A stretch of DNA of 64,000 bases from Chiloscyllium plagiosum (Eukaryota): positions 10,252,206 to 10,316,205 of the forward strand of contig NC_057719.1 in NCBI RefSeq assembly GCF_004010195.1, written 5' to 3'. The translations under genes and the position numbers were made by a program. Numbering within the stretch: the stretch's first letter is position 1; every line of letters starts with the position of its first letter. Below are positions 24,942 to 38,482 of the stretch, in pieces. The notes beneath the pieces were generated by a model. That model saw nothing but the letters and a program-made list of their open reading frames with translations, had not been told where the DNA came from and did no database searches.

Positions 24942-25374
24942 TACCCCTGCAGCTTCTCCATTGGCACCTCGTACACCATGTGTCATCCAACACCCACCTA
25001 CTCATATGTCACCCTAAACCTATCTACCCATTCCATGACCATCCATATCCCCAGTGCCACCCTTGTCTTTCCCCTCACACCACCCTATGTCCATATATTG
25101 TGGCTCCTCACACCCCATAATCCCTGACAGTGCTTTATAATACACACACACACCAACTCAGTGCCAATTCGCCTCTGAACCATCAACCATTGCCCTTTTC
25201 TGTCCATGAAAACCCACCTAACTAGTATAGACATTAATCAGTACAAGAAGTAAAGTTACTAGACCATTAGTTATTTCACTATTTAAAGAAACCATATTCT
25301 TATTGATACAAAACTAACATCCAATGCAGTAAAATTACAAGAACAAATTCCTTATGAAAACGAACAAGTTTTCA

Positions 25375-25990
25375 ATGACTTTTTTAATTTCTGCGTGGGA
25401 CGTGTTCATAGCTGGCTGGGCCAGCATTTATTGCCCGTCCCTAGTTGCCCTTGAGAAGATGGGAGTGAGCTGCCTTCTTGAACCGCTGCATTCCACATGC
25501 TGTAGGTTGACCCACAATGCGCTTAGGGAGGGAATTTCAGGATTCCGACCCAGTGACAGTGAAGGGACAGCAATGTATTTCCAAGTCAGGATAGCGAGTG
25601 GCTTGGAGGGGCACTTGCAGGTGGTGATGCTCCCATGTATCTGCTGCCCTTGGCCTTCTTGGTGGAAGTGGTCATGAGTTTGGAAGGTGCTGTCTAAAAG
25701 ATGTTTGGTGGATTTCTGCAGTTCATCTTGTCAACAGTACACACTGGAGCAGATGTTCATGGATGTTGTGCCAATCAAATGGGTTGCTTTGTACTGGATA
25801 GTATCAAATGTTTTGAGTGGTGTTGGAGCTGCACCCATCAGGAAAGTGTGGGGTACTCCACACATTCTTGACTTGTGCCTTGTAGACGAAAGACTTGCTT
25901 TTGGGAGTCAGAAGATGAGCTACTCGCCACAGATTCCTAGCATCTGACCTGCTCTTGTAGCCACTGTGTTTATGTGACAAGTCCAGTTGT
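25375..25990 (-). mobile_element. Ancient CR1-clade LINE 3' end (...MQRFKKAAHSHLLKGN* type)
   Basis: Reverse complement of gcagcggttcaagaaggcagctcac..cttctcaagggcaactagggacgggcaataaatgctgg. Confidence 0.8.
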
Positions 25991-26989
25991 TAACAATGAG
26001 GGATGGGCAATTAATGCTCGCCTGGTCAGCAATGCCCTCATCCTGTGAACAAATAAAAAAAATCAATGTCTCTCCTGGGTGAGTGTTTCTTTAGGACACT
26101 CAAAAGGCTTGACAGCATCCATGATCAAGCAGCCTGTTTGGACTGTCATCCTAATCGCAACCTTTAACACCATTCCCTTCACCGCCAACGTACAGCATCA
26201 GTGGTGTGTGCCATTGATCAAATGAATGGCAGTAACACAACAAAGGCCTAGACAGCACCTTCCTAATCTGCGACCTTTATTGCTCTGAAGGACAAGGACA
26301 GCAAATACGTGGGAGCACCACTTCAAGTCATACACAGTCCTGACCTGGAGATATATCGCCATTCCTTCACTGTTATCAGTCAAAGTCCTTAACATACAAA
26401 CATATGAAATAGATGTAGACCATTCAACCTATCAAACCTGTTGCATCATTTGAGGAGACCATGGCTGATCTGTTTGCATTCTAAATTTCGCATTCCCATC
26501 CCAAACAAGAACCTACCTACCGTTAAAAAAAATATTCAATGACTGCTTCAGCTGCCTTCTGGGCTAGAGACCTTTACAACCCAAAACAAAAAAATCTCTT
26601 CAACTCTGTCCTACAAATGCCACCGCTAATTTGGAATCAGTGCCCCTTAGTTCTAGACTCAACCACAAGAGGAAACATCCTTTCCGCATCCATATTGCCA
26701 TGACCATTCAGGATTTTACATACATCAATCAAGTCACCACTCACTTTTCTAAACTCCTGGAGAAATGAGCCCACCTACAGAATCACAGAATCCCTACAGT
26801 GTCGAAGCAGGCTAATCAGCCCATCCAATCCACACTGACCCTCCAAGTAGCATCCTTACCAGACCCAACCCCTACCGTACCCCTGTAACTCTGCATTTTC
26901 CATGGCTAATCCACCAAGTCTGCGCATCCTTGGACATTACAGGTAATTTAGCACGGCCAATTCAGCTAGCCCGTACATCTCTGAACTCA

Positions 26990-29290
26990 CTCATTCCATG
27001 TATCGATCTGATAAACCTCCTGGGAAAGCAGATTTTATTAAAATAAAGCAAGATCTGGCCAAAGGTGATTGAGAACTGTTACTTGTGGGCAAGTCTACAG
27101 CAGACCAGTGGGGGATATTCAAAAAGGAGCTGAGGAGAATGGAGATACATTTTACAGGAGAATGTAGGAGCAATAAGTTCAGAGAACTCGATGTCCAGGA
27201 CAATTCAGGACTTGATGAGGAAGAAGAAAAAGGCTTTTAGCAAGTTCAAAGAGAGCAATTCAGCTGCAGTCCCACAGGAAGATAGATAGTACAAGACAGA
27301 GCTTAAGAAAGCAATTAGAAGAGCAAAAAAAAGCACAAGAAAGGATTCGCTAACAGGATATATACAAATACATCAAAGGGAAGAGGTTAACTAGGGCAAG
27401 AGTAGGATTCATTAGGGACCAAGGGGACAATCTGTGTGTGAAGCTGCAGGATATTGAGAGGATGTTAAATAAGTACTTCTCTTCAGTCTTTCCTCTGGAA
27501 AAGAAGAATGTGGGTATGGAATTCAGGAAAGTGGACTGGGAGGAACGGGCACAGTTTGACATAGGAAATAGGGAGGTAATGGAGGCTCTGTGAGGCTTAA
27601 AACAGACAAATCCTGTGGCCTGGATAAATTGCACCCCAGACTGCTTTGGGAGATGATGCAGGAAATTGCAGGGGCTCCAACACAATTTTTTAATTTCTCT
27701 CTGGCCACAGGGGATGTGCCAGAGGACTGGAGGACTGGTAATGTGGTTTCACTTTTCGAGAAAGCTGGTAGAGATGAGCCAGCAAATTACAGATCAGTGA
27801 ATCTCATGTCACGACTGGAGAAAATTCTGAAGGACAGAATTAATACCCACTTGAAAAAGCTTGGCTTAATTTGGGATAGTCAGCATGGCTTTGCGAGAGA
27901 GATGTCATGCCTAATAAATTCAGTTAGAATTTTATGAAAATGTGATCATTTGTGTGGATGAGGGAAGTTCAGTTGATGTAGTTTATATGGAGTTTAGCAA
28001 AGAAACTTAATGCACATGGAATTCAGGGAAACCTGGCGAGATGGATCAGAAATGGGCATATTAATAGGACACAAAGGGCAGTGGGTAGAGGGATGCCTAA
28101 GTGACTGGAGGCCGGTGTCCAGTGGTGTACTACAAGGATCAATAGTGGGACCCTTATTGTTTGTTATACACATAAACGATATAGATGAAAATGTGGGGAG
28201 AATGTTAAGCCTGTTTGCAGACAACACCAAGATTGGTTGGATAGTTAATTGTGAATAAGATGGTTGTAAGTTGCAGGAAGGTATAGATGGGTTGGTCAGA
28301 TGGACTGAGCAGTGGCAGACAGTATTTAACCCTGATAAGTGCAAGGTGACGCACTTTGAAGAAATAAGATGAGGGAGTATTTAATGAGTGGCAGGACCCT
28401 GTGTAGCTCAGAGGAACAGAGGGATCTTGGGGTAATTATTCATCGATTCCTGCAGTCGGCAAAGAACGTGAATAGGATTGTTAAAGAAGGCATTTGCTTT
28501 CATTAGTCATGACTGAGTGTATTAGAGGTAATATTGGAGTTGCACAGAGCATTGATCAGGCTACAGCTGGAGTAATGTGTGCAGGTCAATTCACCTCACT
28601 ACAGGAAGGATATGATAGTATGAGAGGGTGCACAGAGGAGGTTCACTCGGATGTTGCCTGTGATGGAGCAATTGGGCTATGAGGAGAGATTACGTAGGCT
28701 TGGATTGTTTCTTTAGTCATGATGTGGAAGTGTTGGTGTTGGACAGGGGTGGCCAAAGTCAGAAGTCACATGACACTAGATCATAGTCCAACAGATTTAT
28801 TTAAAATCACATGCTTTTGGAAAACCTCACCTGATGAAGCAGAAGCACTCTGAAAGCTTGTGACTAAATAAACCTGGACTATAACCTGGTATCATGTGAC
28901 TTCTGATTCTGTTTTCTTTAGAGCAGAGATGGTCAAGGGGCAATGTGATTGAGGTATATAAGATTATAAGGGGTATGGTCAGGGTGAGTAGAGAGCTGTT
29001 CTCCTTGGTTGAGGGGTCAATCATGAAGGGGCAAGACACTTAGATGGGATTTGAGAAAAAAACCTTTTTCACTCAGAGGGTGGTGGAAATCTGGAATGCA
29101 CTGCCTAGGAAGGTAGTGGAGGCTGGAAACCTTATTACCCTTAAAACAATATTTGGATGAGTACTTGAAATATCATAACATTCAAGGAGGTGGGACAAGT
29201 GCAGGAAATTGGGATTCGAGCACTTTTAGTGGAAATTATTGTCGGTGCAGACTTGATGGGCCTTTTCTGTGCTGTATGACTCTATGACTC
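26990..29290 (+). mobile_element. CR1 LINE ORF2, 2.3 kb, decayed
   Basis: KSCGLDKLHPRLL..VPEDWRTGNVV..NYRSVNL..SQHGF; SGVLQGSIVGPLLFVIHIND..LFADNTK; tail tatgactctatgactc. Confidence 0.93.
28717..28908. mobile_element. Penelope-like family A inverted pair, decayed
   Basis: Homologous to 6760-7240; ctcacCTGATGAagcagaagcactctGAAAGCT; flanked by near-duplicated tgtt(t)tctttag. Confidence 0.75.
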
Positions 29291-31521
29291 CTCTGAACTG
29301 TCTCCAATGCATTTACATCCTTCCTTCAATAAGGAGACCAAAACTGCACACAGTAGTCATGATGCAGTCTCATGAATGCCCTTTATAACTGAATTACAAC
29401 ATCCTTAATGTTTTGTTCAACTTCTCTCATAATAAATGATAGCATCCTATTCGTCTGTTTGATCCTGTGATGTAACCACAGTCTAACTCATTCTCTCAAA
29501 CTCCAAGATTCCTCTGCATCTTGGAGTTTTGCAGCTGTTCTGCACTGAAGTACCATGCTGTTTATTCCCTCCTCCTGCCCGAATAAACAAGTTCACATTT
29601 AGTGTGGTACCTTTTAAAATTCCTCTTGCAATCCAAGTACAGTACATTCACAGGACAGGACCTGGTTCCCCTTTATCCACAGCGCTTGTTACCCCTTCAA
29701 AGAAATCTTCCTTCCATGGAACCATGTTTCCAGGGATGTGCAGGCTAGGTGGGTTAGCCATGGTAAAGGTGGGATTATAGGGACAGAGTGTGGGTGGCAT
29801 GCTCTTGGAAGGGTTGGTACAGACTCGATAGGTCAAATGGCCTCTTTCCACATTCCAGGGATTTTATGAATCTATGATTCAATGTTGACTTATCCCAAGT
29901 GTTTTTGGTTTTCTAAATATGCAGCTACATTGAGTTTAATACCTTTCCAATGATGAACATTACCCTAACTGGCCTGTAACATATTGTTTATTGCTTCCTG
30001 TACCTTCTTGAACAGAGGGGTTACATTTGTCATTTTTCAGACGATGGGACCTTTCCAGAATCAAAGCAATATTGGAAAATTAACATCAACCCATCTATTA
30101 GCTCACTAGCAACCTCTTTTAAGATTCGAGAATTAAGTCCATCTGGACTTAGTCAAGAATGCCAGTTCACTTCAGCTAGAGACAAAGAAATCTGGAGATG
30201 TTGGAGTCCAAGGTAGATAAGCAGGAGGCTGGAAAAACACAGCAAGCCAGTTCACTTCAGCAAGCTCAGTTTTCATATCAGAAGTCACTATATCAGACCT
30301 CTCTGAAAGCTTGTGCTTTCAAATAAACCTGTTGGAATATAACCTGCTGTCATGTGACTTCTGATCTTGTCCACGCCAGTCCAACACCAGCACCTCCACA
30401 TTATAGCTTTTATGCCAACGTTGTTGCCCTTACTTAGATTTAAAATGCTTACAGTAGTGCCAATCTTCTCCCTTTCGAACTGGATGTTATATTCAATCTT
30501 ATTCTGGTCTCTTCTACATGGGGGTGCCTTTACTCGGAGGTCATTAATTAATGCTGCCACATTACACAACACCGAGTCTAATAAAACCTTCTGCCCAGTC
30601 AGTTCCAAAGAAACAATCTCACAAGCATTCTAGGATCTTCTCATCCAGACAACTACTGCTTATCACATTTCTCCAATTTAACTGTAAATGAGAATTCCTT
30701 TATTAGTGAGGGGATCAAGGGTTATAGGGAGAAGGCAGGTAAATATGGTAGAAAAACATATCAGCCGTGATTGAATGATGAAGCAGACTCAATGGGCTGA
30801 ATGCCCTAATTCTATTCCTGTATTTTATGATCTTATCACAAGCAGCAATTATTTCTTCCTGCATACTTTGAACCACATTGTGGATATTGTGAATTTCTTC
30901 CCTCAGAGCACTGTGGGTCTGCCTACAGTATCTGGACTGCAGCGGTTCAAGAAGACAGCTCACCACCTCATTCTCAAGGGCAACTAGGGACAGGCAATAA
31001 ATACCTGCCTGTCAGCAATGCCCACATGCCACAAGAGACTGTTTTAATAACCATTCAGGAGCCTGTACACACTCTATTAACTGCTTCCTCAAATATTCAT
31101 CCCCACCATCCAAACTAATTCTACTTCCTCACCTCCTAAACCAAGGTCGTCTCTAACTATTGCATAAATGCCATTCTCGACTAACAATGCAGCCCTCCAC
31201 CTTTACCTAGCTCCTTGTTTTGAATGAAGGTCATATAAGCATCAAAATGCAGGACTCAATCCTGTTTATCTTGTAGATACCTCTCCATATGGCTATTAAA
31301 CTATATTTATTTACTTCTATCAATTAATTTACTTTATTTTGCTCTAAGCGTTTAGACATAGTCATAGATTCTTTAGTTTTGCTACCTTTGCATTATCTAA
31401 TCATCATTGTTGATGTATTCCTAAGTTTGTTTGCTCTGTTCCTTCCTGTCATCCTCTGCACCTCATATCCTATATTACTCTGTTCCTCTCTTCCCTTCTC
31501 ACACCTTTCCACACTTGACCC

Positions 31522-31734
31522 TGTAGTGACTGGAACAAAGTCAGAAAGGTGCACCCCACAGAAAACGAGTTCCCTGACTGGGGCTGTTAACCTGGTCCAG
31601 TCAGGGAGGCCTGGCTGACAGGTATAAATCGGAGTGTCAGAGGCTCTGAGCTCGCAGGGTCAGTGTCATGTACTATGTACATATAAATAAGGGTAGCTTG
31701 GTGATGGGATACTGACCTTTGTGGAGTTATTTCA
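31522..31734 (+). mobile_element. Solo LTR, family 1
   Basis: TG...CA termini; flanks gaccc/gacac (4 of 5 match). Confidence 0.78.
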
Positions 31735-34422
31735 GACACCCTTGCCTCCACTGTTTAGTTTAATGCCCTCTCTACTTCCTTGAATATATTAGTCACAAAA
31801 AAACACTGGTTCAGATGTAGACTGTCCCAACAGTACAGTCGAAGATCTCCCAAAATAGATGCCAATGGCCCACAATCTGGAACCTCCTTCTATGAGTCTT
31901 TGAGTCTCGTATTCATCTCTCTAATTTGATCTACCATCTGCCCAATTTTCATGCAACTCAGGTAGTAATCCTCAAGATTATAACCATTGATTAGAAAATA
32001 TCTAAAAAGGATTGGGTTAAGCTCATAAAAGGCAGTTTAGCACTGATGTCAAAAAGCTCTACTTCACATAAGAAGTGATTAACATGTGAAATAGAACCTG
32101 GGGGTTAATAAAGAGATATAAACTTTTGATTCATTTATAAATTTCTGGAGACCTTGCCAGCCTGAACAAAGGCTTTTTCTGAATAGGCAGAAGTAAATGG
32201 TTTAGTCCTAGCTTATGCTCCCATAACCTTTAACCTCTGACTAATTAAAAATCTGTCTGTCTCCTCCTTAAATTTACTCAGTATGCCAGCATCCATCGCA
32301 CTTTGAGATAGTGTATTCCACAAATGCACAACTTTTTGTTAGAAGTAATTTCTCATCTGTTTTAAATCTGCTACCCCTCATCCTAAAACTCATACACCTG
32401 AATTAGATTTCTTCTCATCCTTCTAAACACTAGTGAGTATAGACCTAACTGTACAATCTCTCCTCATAAAACAAACCTTTCACATTTGGAATTAATCTCA
32501 TGAATAACGAGAACACTTGAAAAAGGGAGTTGTGCAGGAAGGTAAATATGGGAATCTTCTTGACAAGCTTCAAGAGTTAGGTTGGGTGAATTGACCATGG
32601 TAAATTGTCCATAGTGTTAGGTGCATTAGTCAGAGGGAAGTAGGTCTGGGTGGGTTACTCTTTGAAGGGTCGGTGTGGACTTGTTGGGCCGAAGGGCCTG
32701 TTTCCACACTATAGGGAATCTAATCTAATCTAGTATAATTTAAGAGGTGGAGTCCAAAGATGGAAGAAAGAAGCCCACCCCAAAATATCCACTATTTCTA
32801 GGGCCACTTCCCCGAGTACTGTGAGATGTAGATCATCAGGGCCTGAGAACTTATCAGTTTTCAACCCTATCAACTTCTCCAATATTATTTCTCGACTACA
32901 GGTTTGCTTCAGTTCCTCACCCTCACTAAACCCTGTGTCCCCTAACGTTACGGGTACATGATTTGTGACATCCTCTGTAAAGACAGGGGCAAATTATGGA
33001 TTTACATTTCAAGAAGAAGGTAGACATAGCTCTTGTGGCTAAAATGATTAAGGGGTGGGGGGAGGGCAGGATTAGCGTATTGGATCTAATGGGCAGCCAT
33101 GACCATATTGATGGGGTCGAATGACCTATTTCTGGTCCTACCTTCTATGTTTCTATAGTCAATGATCCTATTCCTATTAGGGTGACTGATGGCACATTAG
33201 AAATGTCACCAGGCTAGTAATCCACTGTCGAGGCTAATGTTCTGGGAAAATGAGTCTACTTTGGCACCAGCGATTCTAAAGTTTACAACCATCACCAACT
33301 GCTGTAAAAACAATTTTCAAAAGTAGGAAAGTTGATTTGAGGTCAAGATGACATCAGCCATGAACGTATTAATTGGTGAAGCAGGCTTGAGGAGCTGAAT
33401 TACTTACTCTCGCTCTTGGTTCTTATAGAGCGTTCTTGACACTGAGTATTTGAATCTGGATTAGGAGTCCAGTAATTACCACAAAACCATTGTCAATTGT
33501 TGTAAAATGCATCGGCTTTCACAGGAAATCTGCCTCCTTTACCTGATCGGGCCTGCAAGTGACTGCAGGCTCGTAGCAATGTGGTTGACTCTTAACTGCC
33601 CTCTGAAATGGCACTGGCAAGGGCAAGGGCAAGGGTAACTGAGGATGGGCAACAATTGCTGGCTTTCCCAGTAATGCCCACATCCCATGAAAAAGACAAA
33701 GAGAAACAAAACGGTGAATTCTTAACAGAAAGTGAAATTAGCCTTCACTTTCCCGCACCTGGGGCCTAAGCAGACTTACTTCTTCTCTCAGGAAAAGGTT
33801 ATAAAAATCCATTTGCACTTGCAAGGCTGTACAGATCATGTATTTAAAGCTGTTTCCTCGGGTTCTCCCATTCCAAGTGGCAAATACGGAAATCTGGAAG
33901 AGTATTTAATGCTGTTTCCATGTAACTATTCCATTCTGAACAACATGAACTTGATGAGCTGAATGGCCTGCTTCCACACTGTTGGGATTCTATGATTCTA
34001 TGTGGAAAGATTTCATTTCTGCTCGTACAAATGTCAAATATAAAGAGACTCTGCTGAGGGAAGGGATGGGGAGGGATTGATCTAGTGCAAATCTGCAAGT
34101 CAAATCTAATCAGCCCCTTGGGAATTTAATTAGTTACTGTATACACTATTTAACTTTGCCAACGCACTTCTGCAACATTTCTGATTTGTAAGAAATTTCC
34201 AGAGGAAAAACAGCTGTCTTTTAAGCAGCTCTGATTCGAAATGTTTGTTTATCTGAATAAATTCGAGACACTGAATAAAAATGAACTTGGCTGAAAATGG
34301 GAAAGTGCATAATTAACGACTGGTCATTATGCAGTTTTATAACACTTGAAGGTGGCTCTTACATGTTAGTGCAGGAAGAAGCGGTAACAGGAAGGGGAGA
34401 CTGAGTCTCTTGACAAGTACTT

Positions 34423-34653
34423 TGTAGTGACTGTAACAAGGTCGGCCAGGTGGATCTCACAGAACATGAGTTCCCTGATTAAGGCTATTAATCTGGTCCA
34501 ATCAGGGACCCTTGGCTGACAGGAAAGGAGTGTCAGGCATCCCGTTCACTCTGAGATTTGGCTCTGAGGGAGCAGGAGCAGTGTCCAGGCCTCTCCACGC
34601 CTAAATAAAAGGTGATTTGGTGACAGGATAGCAGTCTCTGTGGAGCTATTTCA
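34423..34653 (+). mobile_element. Solo LTR, family 1
   Basis: TGTAGTGA...ATTTCA; CCAAT and AATAAA inside. Confidence 0.78.
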
Positions 34654-35613
34654 CAGTTGAATTCAATGATAATTATCTAGTTAACTGCAAGTGATCAATA
34701 CAGAAGGTATTTACAAGAACTTGCTCACCTAGAAGCAAAATAATGGTCAAACTCCAAGATAAACACTAACTATGGCGTTATCTGTTTTTGGATGTTGCTT
34801 CTTTGTAAAAGGGTATGATGCTGATCAAGGTGAACTTCAAGAGGTCAACTTGATGGCCACAGCTCAGGAGTGCCACGCTCAATCTGGTTTCAGTACTGCT
34901 CAGTTCCCATTGACTTGAATATGACAATCTAAGCTGATACTCCAGTGAAACACTGATGTCGCTACCACCTTTCAGCGATACATCGTTGTAGTTTAAAAAT
35001 AAGGGGCATCCATTTAAGACAGGCATGATGAAACATTTGTTTCCCTCAGGGGGTTGTGAGTCTATGGAATTCCCTTCAAAGAACAAAGAACGTTACAGCC
35101 CAGGAACAGTTCCTTCGGCCCTCTAAGGCTATGCCAATCCATATCGTCTATCTAAACCTGCTGCCTATTTTCCATGGATCTGTATCCCTTCTCTCCCTGC
35201 CCATTCATGTATCTGTCAAGATGCACCTTAAATAACTCTATCATTCCCGCCCCCTACCACCTCCACTGGCAACACGTTCCAGGCACCCACCACCCTCTGA
35301 CTCTTCCTCAAAAGACACTGGAGACAGAATATTTAAATATTTTAAAGGCTGAGGGAGATAGATTCTTGATTTCCAGAGGGGGGTGAAAGACTTTTTGGGG
35401 AGATGCAGGAATGTACAGCTGAGATTAAAATCAGATGAGCTACGATCTGCTTGAACGGAGGAGCAGACTCAAAGGCCAAGTTGCCTTGCCTAATTTCTTG
35501 GCCGAGAGCTTATATGTGAAACCTATGACCAGGTAACCACATTTCAAAGAGAAGCAGGTGATTTATCCCCAATGACCCAATTAACACTTTGAGCTCGACC
35601 AACACAACTAAAA

Positions 35614-35791
35614 GACAAACCAAAATAACTGCAGATACGGTAAAACAGAAACAAAAACAGAAGTTGCTGGAAAAGTTAACGTTTCAGGTCCGGTGACCCT
35701 TCCTCAGTTCCGAGAACCCGAAATGTAAACTTCACTTCACAGATGCTGCCAGACCTGCTGAGCTTTTCCAGCAACTTCTGCCTTTTGTTTT
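35614..35791. mobile_element. Penelope-like family C inverted pair inside a DeuSINE
   Basis: 12-bp duplication acacaactaaaa (35602-35613, 35792-35803); minus CTGAGGA-a-gggtc accg gacct-GAAA-CGTT. Confidence 0.78.
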
Positions 35792-36211
35792 ACACAACTA
35801 AAAAAGATCATCTTATAATTTATCTGATGGGAGTCTGAAAAGATCTTGCTTTGTGCAAACTGACAGCAGCTTCTGAATGAGAGACAAAGTTAATGTTTCA
35901 CGTCAACCGCTGAATCTTCCTGCTTCACATTCAAACTGTCCTAAATTCACTACTGGTGTTTTCCATTTTGTCTTTTTTGTGCTTTCAACTCACATCACGG
36001 TGGTTAAAAAAAAATTGAAGTGAACAATATATTTGATCCAGCTCTTTTTACAACATAGTTGAAATAATCATTTAACAAATGGAATGTAATGGATAAAATT
36101 TGCATTAACAGCTGTGTTCGTGGTGCTCATAACATCATGGAATTGGATCATTAAATTCTATGTACTTCTTTTAACAGAAGAGGAATTGAAATTAAACCAC
36201 TTTTCACTGTG

Positions 36212-36515
36212 GGGTGGCATGGTGGCTCAGTGGTTAGCATTGCTGCCGCCCAGTGCCAGGGAACTGGGTTCGATTCCAGCCTTGGATGACTATTGGTGTG
36301 GAGTTTACATTTTCTCCCTCTGTGTGAATTTCCTCCCACAGTCCAAAGATGTGCAGTTTCGGTGGATTGGCCATGCTAAATTTCCCATAGTGTTCAGGGA
36401 TGTGTAGGTTAAGTGGACGAGCTTGGGAAAAGTGGGGTTACAGGGATGGGGGGGGGGGGGGGGGGGGTGGATTGGATGGTCCAAATAGCCTACTTCCAAA
36501 CTGCAGTGATTCTCT
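36212..36515 (+). mobile_element. HE1 V-SINE containing a G20 run
   Basis: ggtggcatggtggctcagtggttagc head; poly-G at 36448-36467. Confidence 0.88.
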
Positions 36516-38067
36516 GATTTTGTGGCATTACAGACCACAGCAGTTAGCAAAACAAAATCGGTGAGAGACCTCAAAAGAACTATTCAAGATTGAAAGGTGG
36601 CCAGCTTTAACAAGGTTAAAGTGTCAAGCCTCCATTCCAATGCATAACAACTCATTTTTAAACATCCTGTAGATTCTTTTTCCACTCTTTCTTCTTTTTG
36701 AAAACTTCTGCAAGTCATTCCTGCTGCCTCATGAAATGCTAAAAGTAGAAAAGGTTCTTGTCTGAACAACAGCATATAGTTTTTAATATGCTGTCTGACA
36801 AAATGCATTCATTCTATCTTTCAAAGGGGGCATATATTCAGTAGCTAATGGCTGAGTGAGGTCAACATTTCAAAAGACGACCACAAGAAACTGCTACACT
36901 TTGGACAAAGCCTGATGTTATGAAAGGAGCTATATAAATGCAAAGTCAAAATCAAGTCCAACCAAGTCCCAGCTCTGGCTGTTTCCAATCAAATGCTTCA
37001 TCCGAGAACAGTTTTCCGCATGCTTGCATTCACAAGTGGAATTGTTTTCAGAGCTTCAGTAGGGATACTGGCTCTCATTCAAATTGAGGGTAAGTGCAGA
37101 AGCGGTCAGTGTGACAGCAGACATATGGCTCCATTTTGTGTCATTGCTGCGGCAAGATAATGTCAAGCTTTGCCTGGAGTTGGTCGCCCGCTCAGGGGCT
37201 GAACACATGGAGAAGGTCAGACATTTATGGAACTGAATTAGTCTTATGTTCACATGAGTACAGTGAAAAGTTTACAAGTCACTACTTGCAGTGCCATCTC
37301 AGGTACAAAGGTACCTAGTTACAACTTGTTCAGAACAAATTCGCAAGCAAAACAATAAACATCCAGCATATATACCCTTAAAAATATGAAATTGTGGTAT
37401 AAATTAGAAAAACAAAGAAATAAAAAGTTCAGGGTAAGAGTCCTTCCACGATAATATCCCAGGCAGCAGCCAAAGCTGGTGAAAGGGGTCCCAGGCCAAG
37501 TTAGATAAACTGTGAAGACCATTAGACCATAAACCATAGGAGCAGAAATTAGGCCATTCAGCCCTTTGAATCTGCTCTGCCATTCAATTATGGCTGTTAA
37601 GTTTCTCAAACCCATTCTCTTGCTTTCTCTCCATAACTCTTGATTCCCTTTACAATCAGGAACCTATCTATCTCCGTCTTAAACATCCTTCCACAATAAT
37701 ATCCCAGCATCTTAGGATGCTGCAGAAGCCTCCAGGAAAACCTGGACCATTGGAATCCTGGGACCGGCCCCCATGTCATCTCCAAAGCAGCCCGGATGAA
37801 GGACACAGCCATGAGGAATGGCCAGATCCACACCACATTTTCCACTGCAGCAGCCTCTCGGAACCTCCTTCCTCACCCAAAGCTGCCATAGGACGGTAGG
37901 ATAAAGGGATGCAGTAGGCCTGGTGATACGAAGCAGGTGGGCCCGGAATGTGAATACTACCCACCCGGCCATTCACTATCCAACTGCAGAACAGCACATT
38001 CATTTGTGGTCGGGAACAAAAAATGGTAGAATCACAGTGGGTCAGGTAGCACCTGTGGAGAGGCAGC

Positions 38068-38107
38068 GAGCTAACATTTCGAGTCGAGTTGACTCTTCGT
38101 CAGAGCT
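38068..38107 (-). ncRNA. Hammerhead motif (family C), one CpG-type change in the palindrome
   Basis: Minus: agct-CTGACGA-a-gagtc aactc gactc-GAAA-TGTT-agct. Confidence 0.6.
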
Positions 38108-38264
38108 GAAGGCATTTATCGTTATTTGACGAGCACAGACAAGTGTGTGGTGCAGGAAAAGCACAGCAGGTCAGGCAGCATCCGAAGAGAAGGAGAATCG
38201 ACATTTTGGGTCAAGGCCTTTCATAGGGAAGCACAGACATTCAGGAGTCACACAAACAATGAAG

Positions 38265-38482
38265 GGGAGAAAGTGAGGCCTGCAGATGCTGGAGATCAGA
38301 GCTGAAAATGTGTTGCTGGAAAAGCGCAGCAGGTCAGGCAGCATCCAAGGAGCAGGAGAATCGACGTTTCGGGCATGAGCCCTTCTTCCGGAATTCCTGA
38401 AGGGCTCATGCCCGAAACGTCAATTCTCCTGCTCCTTGGATGCTGCCTGACCTGCTGCGCTTTTCCAGCAACACATTTTCAG
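38265..38482. mobile_element. Young Penelope-like family B inverted pair (single-arm copy at 38142-38229)
   Basis: Near-perfect palindrome centred on gaattc; 12-bp duplication caaacaatgaag (38253-38264, 38483-38494); neighbour flanked by agcacagaca. Confidence 0.85.

Larger units (their letters stand above)
26397..31990 (-). mobile_element. Near-full-length decayed CR1 LINE (ORF1 esterase, APE endonuclease, RT, 3'UTR) with nested insertions
   Basis: 31801-31890 minus: FQIVGHWHLFWE/LYCWDSLHLN (SGNH ORF1); 30400-30600 DSVLCNVAALINDLRVKAP...IEYNIQFERE (APE end); 29640-29710 FFEGVTSAVDKGEP (RT); 3'UTR 26397-26780. Confidence 0.72.

Noticed and set aside
36448..36467. G20 run as a functional G-quadruplex
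   Set aside because: Homopolymer expansion inside a SINE; length may be a sequencing artefact
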